Shown piece by piece: positions 52,001-64,000 of a stretch of DNA of 64,000 nucleotides. The translations under genes were made by a program, and so were the position numbers. Source of the stretch: Botryllus schlosseri (taxonomy: Eukaryota); NCBI GenBank assembly GCA_051294905.1, contig CM119373.1:3660001-3724000 (forward strand), in the 5' to 3' direction. Position 1 is the first letter of the stretch. Each line of letters starts with the position of its first letter. The notes beneath the pieces are model-generated. The model saw only the letters and a program-made list of their open reading frames with translations. It searched no databases and was not told where the DNA came from.

Positions 52001-55000
52001 GTGTTACTCTGCATCTGACACCACGATACATACCTGCCGCAATGTCCTAGCCACCAGGGTCTCCAGGACCGGACCGCGCTCGTCGTGCAGGAGATGGACT
52101 TCGTCTATGATCAATAACCGGACCAGCTGCGACAACGCCGTGTCTCCCACCGCCTTTCTGGTCACCACGTCCCATTTCTCCGGGGTCGTTATCAGCATCT
52201 GATCGAGAGTAATAGGGAAGCAACGATGCGATTTCGGAGAGGAAAAATGGTCGTGTTTTTAGACTCCTGACACTTTGGAGATTGAAAATAAGACGGGCAG
52301 GTTTTTGCAATTTTTTCAACTTTTTTCACAGCTTCCGGCAGCTTCATAAATACCCAGAAGTTATGTTGAATGGTGTTTTAAGCTGGTTGGAGGATTCTTA
52401 TATCGCAACTTTTTGTAACTTTTTGGATTTTTCATGAAACATTTTGCAATTTTTGTCCATTTTTCATGCAAAATTTTTGCAATTTTTTCGATTTTCCATG
52501 CAACTTTTTACTCGAAATATTTGGCACTATACCTAAATATATCGCTTGATTATTTCACTGTCGTTTAAATTTTAGGTCCTTTCCGATTTGACGTACATTC
52601 AGGCTAGAACGTCGAGAATTCTATTTTCACCGGGTCAATTTTTCAGGCTGTTGATTTTGTTGAAGTCGACCACAATGAGTTTTTCTACAATGCCTTGGAT
52701 ACGAATCAGTTCGATCATTTCATACCCTAATAATTTCAAGGAACTTGTCCAATTTAGGGCTGTTTAAAAATAAACTTTTTCATCAGATTTCTCTGCCTAC
52801 TTGATGAAATTGTTAGGTTGGTTAAAACAACGCTGCACACCAAAACTTTGGCTCAATTCCAACCACTAGAAGCGAAGTTAATGCAGTAGAAAATTTCTAA
52901 TTCCATCATTTTATAATCAATAATTAGCCACCGTAAATACTATTCAAATCCAAATTTTTCTACTGCAATGTCCATAAATGCAACATTTTAGTGCAACTTT
53001 GTGAAAAATAAATGCAACTTTTCACTGCAACTTTTGTGATAAATAAGTGCAACTTTCCACGGTTTGCACTGCAACAAAAACATGGCCTAGTTATGATTAT
53101 GCCAATTTTTTTGGACATGTCAAAAAAGGTCAAAATTAGGTGAAAATTGTAGCGTTATGTCAAAAAATGTCAAAATTGTTTAAAAAGTTGAAACTTTTTT
53201 GCAACCTGCATTTCGTTTGTATCGTAGATTTTGCACTGTCAGTGAACTTATCATTTGACATTTTACAGCTTGTAGTCTACTTCATAGGCCTCGCATTGTA
53301 GACGGCCCATTGCCTGCTCATTGTGAATCATAAACATTCAAATGAAACAAATAGGTTGACATGCTGTTATGCTCAACGTACCGCAATATCCTAACTGAAG
53401 CAAGACTGCGTGGGCATTGCATGGTTTTTATATCGAGAAGCGCATGATGAAAAATTGTGTTGTAGACAACATTGTCAGAATGAAGCAACACGGTTTGTCA
53501 CCAGCAATATGTAATGTAACTACTGGAATTCTTCATAGGGACTGATTTCGTTAAAATAAAGTTTTTTCATGCCAAAATACTTCGTAAGGACAGACAGTTC
53601 CAACCAGAAATGAAAATAAGTGACACAATTGTAACAGTATGTGGGAAAACACCTAATTTGCATACGTCAGGTTAAAATTAATCGAAATTAAGATTTTTAA
53701 AGTCAAAAAATGTCAAAATATGGATTTTTTAAGTCAAAATCTTTTGTTTTTTAGGTTAAAAAAATCGCCCCAGTCATGAGTTTTCACAAGTACCACGTGA
53801 CATCACCGCATATCACGTTAAGTGAATATATTTCCTAAGATTGCACCTATTTGTAGTTAAATCTCGCATTTTGCGTTGCTAAAGTACATCCTGCAAATTT
53901 CAAACGTCGATCATGGGAGCTAGGGTTGTTCAAAATAACTTTTGTACCAGATTACGGGGGATTCACCGAATAAATTGTTAGGTTGGCTAAAAAAGATGCT
54001 GCACCCCAAATTTGGCCCAATTCCAACCAGAAAAAGTGGCCAATTGAGACTTTTTTTTATGTATTATTAAAAAAAATTTAAGCATGCAAAAAGCAGATAT
54101 TTGCTCACCTGGGTTTCGGCGATTTCGCTTTTCGTCAGCTGCATGTCACCCGTGAGTTCTCTCACTTTGATGCCGAGCGATTCCAGGCGGCCGCCGAAAT
54201 TGCGAGTCATTTCCGCGGCCAGAGCCTTCATCGGCGCCACGTAAACGATCTGTAATAAACACAACGTCGCAATGATTCGTCTACAGTTATTATACTGTCC
54301 TTACCCCCAAGAGTTTATTCACAAATATAATTAATGAATAGTATATTCATATTGACATGCTTTACGGCTGACACTCGTCAGAGGTAATCGCCAGCAATTA
54401 GTAGAGAATTGGAAAGAACATTGCATCACAATATTCTTTCCAATTCTCTCCTAGTAGCTGACGATTACCCCTGACGAGTGACCGCCGAAAACTGTTAGGT
54501 TCATTTCAATACGAATACACAATTCAATTGTATGTAGAAGTTCTATGCCTATAAGAAGCTCTACAATGGGAATTATAGTTTCGATACTAGTTTTCAATGT
54601 GGAAGGCTATAAAACTCGGTGTCGCAACCTACGAAACATATAGTACAAAGCTACCGACTTTAGTGGGAATGAAAAATCTGTGTGGTCATCAGTAGCTCAC
54701 AGCATTGTCACAAAATTCGACGAAATAGGCATGGTCGAAAAGTACGAAATCATCTTTAATGTGATGTAGAACTGGAAGTATACTCTCTGTGGTCGCATAA
54801 AAGGTGCGTGTTTGAACTTCCCATATCTTTCATACTGTTACGATATCATATTGAGGAACGCCTAATACTTGATACAGAATCGCATCAATTATTCAAATTA
54901 ATATAAAAAAGCTTCTCACAGCGCAATGCAATTCACACACACACGCAGACGTTTACCTTGAAGTTATTCCTCTGTATGACGCCGGCTTCGATATTTCTCT

Positions 55001-58000
55001 TGATTTCTCGCACCACGGTCAGCATGGCCACGTTGGTTTTACCTGCTCCGGTAGGCGCGCATATCAGAAGGTTCTCATTGGTCTTGAACGCCGATTCGAA
55101 GACGCACGACTGTATGCGGTTGAGCTGGGTCATGCCGCGAAACGCCTCTCGCGACACCTGGAATTTAAAGAGTGTTTGTCACATTCACAGATCAGGGTTG
55201 TAACGAGTCCGACTCGAGTCAATCTTTCAAATGCGTAAAATGACTCGACTCGAGTCAATTTTTGTATTGACTCGACTTGTGCTCAAGTCATGGCGCATGA
55301 CTCGAGACTAGGGCGGCCAAGACAGACTTTTTATAACAACTTAGAAGAATAGTAAAGTCACGACATCATTGGTAGTTCGTCTATCAGTCCTGATACTAGA
55401 AAATAGGACCAGAAACTGATGTGGACTCGGACTCGACCCTCTACAAGCTGATTTGGACTCGGACTTGACCCTGTCACAGATGTGAACAAAATAAAATTAG
55501 CTAAATTTTCATCAGGATTGTAATTGTAATCAGTCAGAAGGTCCTGAATCACAGCTCAATTTTACCGTAATTTTCCATGTATAATGCGCAGAATTTTACC
55601 GATTTTTGCCCTAAAATAGCGGGGTGCGTATTATACATGGGTACAGCAAGCCTTGAAAAAAAATCCCTCGATCAAAAACTTGAAATCACACCTTTCTTCA
55701 TGTTTGTTTAAATCGCGCATCACCTCTAGCCATTGGGCCCCCCGTAATTCGTATTATAGAGTGTAACGCGCTGCCAAATTAAGAAGCGTGTTGCCAATTA
55801 ACGAAAAGTGTGTTTCCAATTAACGTGCAAAGCACGCGATCTCTTGCTGAGTTGGTTTGCAGTTTGTACGCGAGCAAAATCAGGTCGCTGATTGCTACAA
55901 GCGTGCGCGGCAATCCTTGTTGATTCATCGCGTCAACGACAGGCCTTAGCAATTGCATAGACTAGAGGCCATGTGCGCAAGATATAATCGCTTGCGTAAT
56001 CAGTCGCAGCTCCAACAGGACTGGTGCGCCCGACATAACCGTAAGCCTAAGCAATCGCATCTGTAATTGTAATAGGCCTCGTGCGCAAGATGTCGTGTGT
56101 CGCTAGCCTGAACTATCGCGTCGCCGACCTCACAGGCTTTGGCTGCTATCTACTGTCGTTTCGAGACAATGCCGTTAATTGTATTATGATTAGCGATCAT
56201 TATGCCATGATTGTTCGACAGTGACATCGCAAAACAGAACAACATCGAATACTAAACCGCAACTATTCATGTACTCATGTACTGCGAACGCAGGGTGCGT
56301 ACTATACATGGGTACAGGCTTTTTCCCAGAATATACATGTCATTTTAAGGATGCGTATTATACATGGGGGCGCACTATATTCGGAAAATTACGGTAATTG
56401 CTACAGTATATTGTTTTGACTCGAGTGAAGCAGAGTTATTATAATCAATTCATCACCGAGTCAAGTCCGGGTCCGAACCAGGGAGTAGCTGTTCGAGTCC
56501 GAGTGAAAGTGTTAAGACTTGAGTCCAAGTCATTCTGTTAACTTTTCATAATCAAGTTCCACTCACTTCCCTGTAACTCTCGGGTGACAAAAAATGGCCT
56601 GTATCCTTATTTTTCTCACTCTTAACGAGTGCATTCAGGCAGATTAAAGACAGTTAATGGGCTTATTTTTCAAGTGTCTGTCCTGGTACATGAGACATAA
56701 ATCAAGTCAGCTACAGTGTCTCGAGTCACATGACTAGGTCGGGTCACGTGCAATGACTCGATTACAAGTCGAGCAAATACACCAATTGACGCAATAGAAG
56801 TCTGGTCGTCTTCCATTTATAAGAAAATGACTCAAGTCAAGTCGAGACAATAAAACCCTGATTTTTAGCCTACATACCACTGCTTCTGACACCATCTAGT
56901 TTGTGTCAGCGAAAGGAGCGCGTGTACCACTTGAAAATAGTACATGGAGCTTTAGCGATCTGCTTGGCTCAAAACTTTCGAGTTTTCACGCATGTAACGT
57001 CATAATTGGTGATACGGCTATTGATATAGAATGTTCTTTCCAATTCTCTGCTAGTTAGATGGATAGATAGATAGATAGATAGTCTTTTATTCGTCACATC
57101 AATATATAAAGAAGTATACAAAACAAATTGCGGTATAGACTGGGAGACGACGAGGGGCCGTCAGGCCTTCAGAGTCAGTCGCCACCAGTTTTGAGTGCTT
57201 GATGCATAAAAGGCAATTACTAGGGCAACTTTTTGCAACATTTTGCAACTTTTTCGATTTTGGTGAGATACACGGCCAAATTCGACTGAAACACCGTAAA
57301 TCAGCACCGAAGCAACGCTTTTACGGGTATTTCGGGAGCTGAGCCGGAAAATTGACCTTTTTTTTTGTTAGTCAATCTGGGGAGTTGGCCTTTTTTTTTA
57401 GTCAACCGAGCAAAATGTGGTCTTTTAGTGCAACTTTTGTGAAAAAATAAATGCAACTTTTTACTGCAACTTTTGTCAAAAATAAATGCAACTTTCCACG
57501 GATTTAACCGCAACAAAAACTTGCCCTAGTAATTACGTGAACATAATATACATCCAAATCACACACATATACGTAGAGTCCACATTTAATATACATACGA
57601 CTAATAACGCGATGTTAAGCTTTAATGAAGGTGTAATAAAGGTTAAATTTAAAACAAGCATTGTATAAATGAAGAAGACGATCGCCCCTGACGAGTGCCA
57701 GCCGAAAATATTCAGGTTATTTCAATATGAATATCACGTTCTACTACTGAATGACACAACATTTGACTGACCCGTCCATGAGCACTGTTTAAATCATATG
57801 TTTGATAGCAGCAAGAAACAAGGTGTCAAATAAGTCAGCAGTTTCCAATCCCTGCAAATAATAACTGGTCGTATCATACTACCTCATCTAAATCCTTGAT
57901 TTTCACCAAAGGCTGGTCGAATCTCAAGTTCGCGTTTTTCACGGGGATCCTAATCTCCTCGTATTCCTTTGTGGATTTCGGGATGAATCCCTCGGGTAGA

Positions 58001-61000
58001 GACATCTAAATACTCAAAATGGCGAGGTAATAGCCTGAAAATTTCACAGATGCATCCCAAACAATTTAATCGGTGAATCTCTGGAATTCGAAGAAAAAAA
58101 AGTTATAATCGGACGACCCTGTTAGACAACCTGAATAATCTAGTCGTCAAAGTTGAGCAAAAAAGTGACGTAAAAAACAGTGCTGCGATCAACCCACTTT
58201 TTTTCCACCCGCGAACGCAGCGCTCTGACCGGCGCTGATCCTAGAATCGTAAACATTCGGATAACGCTCTTGGATTGCAGCCGGCCCGCTTTTATTCGAA
58301 AACAGTGGCGCTGTAGCGGCCCGTAGCAGCTCCAATTCTCTAAACGGAAGACCAGGACCGATCAGAACTGCTCGAAAATCATCAGGTCACCTGGCAGGGT
58401 TGTAATGACTCGGCTCGAGTCACGATTTTCTGATGACTCAGCTTGACTCGAGTCATTTTCTCAACGACTCGACTCGACTCAGCCGTGTATTGAATCGACT
58501 TGGACTCGAGTTATGAGCACGACTCGAAATTCAGACGGCTGAGATCGACATTCCAATGTAGTTTCGAAGAATAGTAAAGTAACTACACTATTGGGATTTC
58601 GTCTATTGGTACTGGTACTTGGAAAATGCGACTAGATACTGACAAAAGTGAGGAAAATCAGTATATTATAAATGTGAACCATACGATATCACCAAACAGT
58701 CATAAAAAGTGGTAACAAGTCACAAGGTGGCGAGATAGCGCAGTGGCTGCAACACCAATGGGTACGGGTTCGAGTCCGACCGAGGTCGACTTCCGAATTC
58801 TGATACATAAGTGTTGGAGGTTTACCTAGGCTCCTCCTCGCCACCTCATCCGCGTCAGCGGTACCTTACAAAAGCCTAGAGGTGGGCCGTGCTACAAGTC
58901 GGCAGTTACGGAAAATAAGAAGAATATCGGCATGGTGTAAATGACCATAGTGGTCGACAAACACCACAAAACAAGTCACAAGGCTCCGAGTCACAAGTCA
59001 ATCTCACTTTTATAGTTTCGAGTCGAGTCGAGTCATTTTCAATTCACCACCGAGTCAAGTCCGAGTCCAAGTCAGCGAGCAGAGGGTTCAAGTCCCAGTC
59101 ATGGTATTATGACTCGAGTCCGAGTCCAAATCATTGTGCTGACTGCTAAGTTTCCAGTTGAAGTCTTGTTAACATCACTTTTTAAAACTCTGTTGGTGAT
59201 GTCGAATGGTTCGCATTGATATTATACTAATTTTCCTCACTTTTAGCAGTTTCTGGTCGCATTTTCATCTACCAGTACCAATAGACGAAATCCCAATAGC
59301 GTGGTTACTTTACTATTCTTCGAAATCACAATGAAATGTCGGTCTTGGACGTCTGAGCCTCGAATTATGTGACTTGGTTCGAGTCATGCGCAATGACTCG
59401 AGTCCAAGTCGAGTCAATACACAGATTGACTCGAGTCGAGTCATTTCCGCATTTTGAGAAAATGACGCTGCACACCAAATCTGGCCTAATTCCCACCAGT
59501 AGAAGCATGATTCTTGCAGTAGAAAATTTTGAATTTATCAAATAAAAAATAATAAATTAAATTTCAAATTTTTTCTGCCGACCCCATAAAATTGTTCGGC
59601 TGTCAGCAGAGATGATGCACACCAAATTCGGCTCAATTTCAACCACTAGTTGCAAAGTTATTGCGGTAGCAAAATTTTTAATTCCCTGATTTCATAATAA
59701 ATAATCAAAGAGTTAGCCACCGTGAATACTATTTTATTCAAATCCAAATTTTTCTCCTGCAATAACCTCGCTTCTACTGGTTGGAATTGAGCCAAATTTG
59801 GTGTGCATCGTCTCTACTGACAGCCTAACAATATTATGGGGTCGGCAGAAAATATTTGATATTTTTCATTTTTTTTTATGAATATTTCAAAACTTTCTAC
59901 TGCAAGAATCTCGCTTCTACTGGTTGGAATTGGGACAAATTTGGTGTGCAGCATTGTTTTAGCAAACATAATAATTCTATCACATAGCCAGTGAAATTTG
60001 GAAAAAAAATTGTTTTTGAACATTCCTAAGTGGATTGATCACTACGTCATAGACATATAATTTCCAATAACGTTCAAACCTTTGTAATACATGTTTCGTA
60101 TCCTATGATAAGACCAAATGAGGTTTCAAGGCTGCCCAATTGGAAAACAGTATGGAAACTATAATTCTCGTGAATAAATTAACACTTATTGGCATGGAGC
60201 GTATAATTCAAGTACTGGAAATAGTCCTCTCTCACGGCTCAACCCGACTCATTAGAATTAATGCTCCATTCAGAATCAAGTACTGGAATTATTGTGCTCG
60301 GCCCTATTTCGAACGTTAAGCATCACTCTTTATATTTACCTTTTCTCTTTCATGCGCCGAAAATCGAGAGGGTCCATCGTCGGGTCACTCTCCCCCTCCT
60401 CGTTAAAACCCCCCTTTTTGGCGGCTCTTTTCTCTTCCTTTCTGAACGCTTTCGAGGCTTGCCTTTCCTGTTCGGTCTACAAAAAATTGGGTTCACGCAG
60501 AACATAAAAATCACTCGAAAAAACAAAGAATTCCAGATTAGCGTCGCAGAGAAAAACAGATTTGTAGTTCGGATATCAATTTCTGATATTTTCAAAACTG
60601 GATTTGGAAATATAATTTATAATAATTTGCAATTCTAAAGGTGTAAAATTTACATGATTAGTGAATAGCTACTACAATTTGGACATGATGATGAACTTAT
60701 GCAAATGAACTCCGGAGTTGGGTTTAAACACGGAATTTCGGACAGTTTACAAGTTTTTCCAAAAATTTTTGCACGAAGTTCTCGTGATTACCAGATGAGG
60801 ATTAAGATTCGGACCTGATACGTAATGAACTTTGGGTCGGTTTTTCGACGCAGGATTTTTGATAATTGGCAATTTCTTTGGAACTTTTGAATGCAATTTT
60901 AATCAACATCAATTTTCGACTACGTTTTGCACATTACACAAAACGATCTCCGGATATGCGCTTGGACATAGAATTTGTCAGTTTATGAAACTTTTGAATA

Positions 61001-63723
61001 CGATTTTACTTTTGATCCGATTTTGGACATATGAGATGAACTCATAGCGTTGGATTTGACAGAGAATTTTTGATAATTTACAGGCTTTTGTAGGACTGCT
61101 GAAAAAAAGTGATTGCCAAATTAGTATCAGCATTTGGACATTATACGAAACGAACTCTGGGTTTGGACTTCGAAGTTTTTAAGGTAATTTTGGAATACTA
61201 TTCAAGTGATTACCAAATATTAACCAGAATTTGGACATGATATGAAATCTTGGAATTGGTTGGATACGAACATGAAATTTCCGATAATTTGCAATTTTTA
61301 TGGGACTTTCAGGTACAATTTTGGTGATTACCAGTTACGAACAACGATTTTTTACTTAAAAAGCATATATGTCTCATCTGACAAACACCCTTACCTGTAT
61401 AACAACCTGACAGCCAAAGCCTGGATTGGGGTCAATGCTTTTCGTCCTCTGTCCTAAACACAGAAATTTTAAACAATTATAAACATGCACAAGATAAGAA
61501 ATTCAGTCAATTATTAAAATACACAAAAAATACAGTAGCTCTGGTGGATTATAAATACCTTTGATCGGAGAGTCGCAACACAATGACCTATTGCGTTGCT
61601 GCGATTGTTCAGAACAATGTCTATTTTCAGACATTAGGGGATATTTCGGGGTGGTTTCATCGCCATGACCAGATTTTAATGTACGTTCTCAGACTCAATA
61701 CGACGCTAGCTTTCGATTAAGACCAGTTTTTTTAATTTTGGCGCTTCGCTCGCCAGCTATAGAAATAGCATTTACGCTGGTTTTTCCCTGCGCAACAGTA
61801 AACTGTGTATTCAAACCAGGGTTGTAACCAAGTCACAAGGTTCCAAGTCACAAGTCGATTTGACTTTTACAGTTTTGACTCCGACCAAGTCATACGACTC
61901 GAGACTAGGACGGCCAAGACAGACATTTCATTGTAACTTCGAAGAATAGTAAAGCAACCACATTATTGGTATTTGGTCTATCAGTCCTGATACCCGGAAA
62001 ATAGAGCCAAAAACTGTTAGGACCGAGGAAAATTACTATATCATGAATGCGAACCATTCCATATGACTCGAGCAGAGTTGAAAAAAGGGGGTTGGCTTGG
62101 ATTGAACTGAAAACCGAACAGTGAGCATGGTGACTTGGACTCGAGTCAAAACCCTACGACTCAAACTCGACCTTTACCCTCGGACTTGACTCGGTGATGA
62201 ATTGAAAATGACTCGACTTGGCTCGAGACAAAACTATACAAGCGATATTGATATTGAAATTTGTAATGCATACCCTCAGAATCGTCCAAAATTCGCAAAT
62301 GCTGTTCTTTGTGGAATTCTGAGCACATTAAAAAAAAATTAATAAATTTCAGCGGTTCAAAAGATGATGCCATATAAAATTCTCTTGTCACTAGGTGGCG
62401 CTACATGCAAAAATCTTTAAAATCCTTATTTTTTGCTTCAAAGGTGGTAGAGAACCAATTATAATGCTTAACTATGCAGTTCTGGGGCAGTAAATTGAAA
62501 AAAATCAACTTTTTCGCTCTAAACTCAATGGATAAAAAGTTACAGATGAAAGAAAATGGGGGGGGGACGGACTTGAAAATCCATGTAGGAATCCGTTAAC
62601 ACGAAAAAAAATTATTGTAAGACATACTTTGAAGCGGTGTGATCGATACAAAATGGGATTTTCAAATTAGACTCTATTCCTCAACAATCAATCCAATTTT
62701 TTATCAATCGTACTGCTTCAAAGTACGTCTTGCAATAATTTTATTTTTGTGTTAACGGAATCCTACATGGATTTTCAAGTCCGTGCCCCCCAATTTTCCT
62801 TCAACCGTAACTTTTTTCCTTCGATTTTAGAGCGAGAAAGTTGATTTTTTCAATTCCTTGGCCCCAGAATTGGGTTATCAGACATTTTAATTGGTTCTCC
62901 ACCATCATTAACGCATATAATAGGGATTTTAAAGATTTTTGCACGCAGCACCACCTAGTGACGAGAGAATTTTGACTCGCGTCATCCTTTGAACACCTGA
63001 AAATTCTTCAATTATTTTACTTTAATCTACTTGAAATTTAAAAAAGAACATTTGTAAATATTGGAAAACTCTGAGGGTATGCATTACAGCCCTTGCTAAG
63101 TGATAACGGAATTAGCCTGTTTAGCATCGAGGTCAAGCCAGGCTCAACTCACTTAACTGCGAAACTTGTGAGTGATATCGAAAGCTACGAGAAGGATATG
63201 AGACACGAAAAAAGTCATTGTGTCAAATCACATGACTTAATCGAGTCAATTCACTTTCAATTTTTAAGAAAATGACTCAAGTCGAGTCGAGTCATCGAAA
63301 AATTGTGACTCGAGTTGTTTTACCCTGATTCAAACCTGGCCCCTGGAGTTGTGTAGGTTCACAGGATAGCAATCGTTACCTGAATTCAGTACTTCCTTTC
63401 TCTTGATGTCTTTCACCAAATCGTTTCTGCGCTGCAGCAATTCTTGGATGAGGTCGAAACAATTGAAGCCCAGCAGGTCAACAAGCTGGAAAACAGACTC
63501 CACTTCCAGAGATAGCATAATGGTGATGGGTTCGGCTATTCGATCGAGTCGGATTAAGACGCGAAAATTGGCATCAGCGGCTATCCCGCAAGGCCGGGGA
63601 TTCACAAACTAGGGGTCACGCTGTGTAGCTTTCGTGCGTACCTCGTTTTGAAGATTGTCGTTTGACGTCGGTGACTGAAGCAGCGCTACGATGTTTGCCG
63701 ACAAGGTAGCGGAGCCGAAATAC
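49094..63723 (-). CDS. ASCC3: Activating signal cointegrator 1 complex subunit 3 (Ski2-like DExH helicase), internal exons covering the N-terminal region and first RecA domain; partial
   Basis: Ten GT-AG exons in consistent phase: 63642-63723, 63380-63485, 61395-61453, 60340-60476, 58198-58339, 57883-58005, 54957-55157, 54109-54249, 52034-52198, 49094-49185. Motifs include [30 protein letters not shown] and [35 protein letters not shown] and [10 protein letters not shown] match ASCC3 rather than Brr2/SNRNP200. Confidence 0.93.
54331..54529. mobile_element. Short hairpin MITE
   Basis: Imperfect palindrome ggctgacactcgtcag...agagaattggaaagaa / ttctttccaattctct...ctgacgagtg. Half-copies lie near 24160, 30645 and 57685. 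Confidence 0.65.
55565..56394. mobile_element. pogo/mariner-like MITE
   Basis: TIRs ccgtaattttcc / ggaaaattacgg flanked by TA on both sides. A reverse copy lies at ~20147-21400. Confidence 0.85.
57221..57528. mobile_element. TAGGG-terminus hAT MITE with tgcaac subrepeats
   Basis: TIRs tagggcaacttttt / aaaaacttgcccta; TSD gcaattac / gtaattac. Same family as 25725-26207. Confidence 0.8.
58726..58969 (+). mobile_element. tRNA-derived SINE
   Basis: A box tagcgcagtgg (58736) and B box ggttcgagtcc (58767). Flanked by a 14-bp direct repeat aacaagtcacaagg (58714-58727 and 58970-58983). Confidence 0.8.
60540..61340. repeat. Degenerate ~110-125 bp tandem repeat in an ASCC3 intron
   Basis: Recurring gtgattacca...atttggacat...atgaactc...gttgga...gataattt units. 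Confidence 0.55.
62262..63088. mobile_element. ~825-bp foldback (near-palindromic) element
   Basis: Ends tgtaatgcataccctcaga / tctgagggtatgcattaca; the arms are complementary almost to the centre at ~62675. Confidence 0.85.
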
Positions 63724-64000
63724 CTTGAAAAATATTGATGTTACATTGCGAAAAGACGCCTAAAATAATCTACGTAGTCATGGTTAGAATTTAGACAGGA
63801 ATATTTTCCTCTTATCACAAGAACTGCGTCAAAATTTAGTCAAAACTAAGTTTTTTAAGGTTAAAAATGTCAAATTTTTGATTTTTTAGGTCACTCGTCT
63901 CTTCTTTAGGTAAAAAAGTCGCTCTACTAATACAATAATATATCAGTCAAATGCATACTCGCTTTGATGTGTCGACCCAACTGTGGTCGACCTAAAATCA

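Noticed and set aside
58726..58785. tRNA gene
   Set aside because: A and B boxes are present, but the cloverleaf is incomplete and it continues into a SINE body with a TSD; the same applies to 20520-20593.
49094..63723. SNRNP200/Brr2 assignment
   Set aside because: Diagnostic segments ([29 protein letters not shown]) are ASCC3-type.

Overview
AT-rich, transposon-dense animal genomic DNA with spliceosomal introns; it is probably an invertebrate, but the species cannot be fixed from the sequence alone. The ORF track mostly misses the genes because they are multi-exon. On the + strand, 1.8-46.3 kb holds a tandem array of six paralogous genes that I assembled by hand from splice sites. Each encodes a type I membrane protein: MH(Q/H)x-x-KY signal-peptide exon, a divergent CUB-like Cys domain with an extra insert, a Ser/Thr/acidic stalk, one transmembrane helix and a short tail. 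Four of the five complete tails end in T-x-(M/V). There are two subfamilies (A: copies 1-4; B: copies 5-6). Copy 1 is truncated and interrupted by a hAT element, and copy 6 has ATA in place of the ATG. On the - strand, 49.1-63.7 kb holds ten exons of the Ski2-like helicase ASCC3. No further ASCC3 exons were seen between 49 kb and the window start, so the receptor array may lie antisense inside one very large ASCC3 intron. The rest is hAT, pogo and foldback MITEs (many with readable TSDs and nested), two tRNA-derived SINEs and minisatellites.
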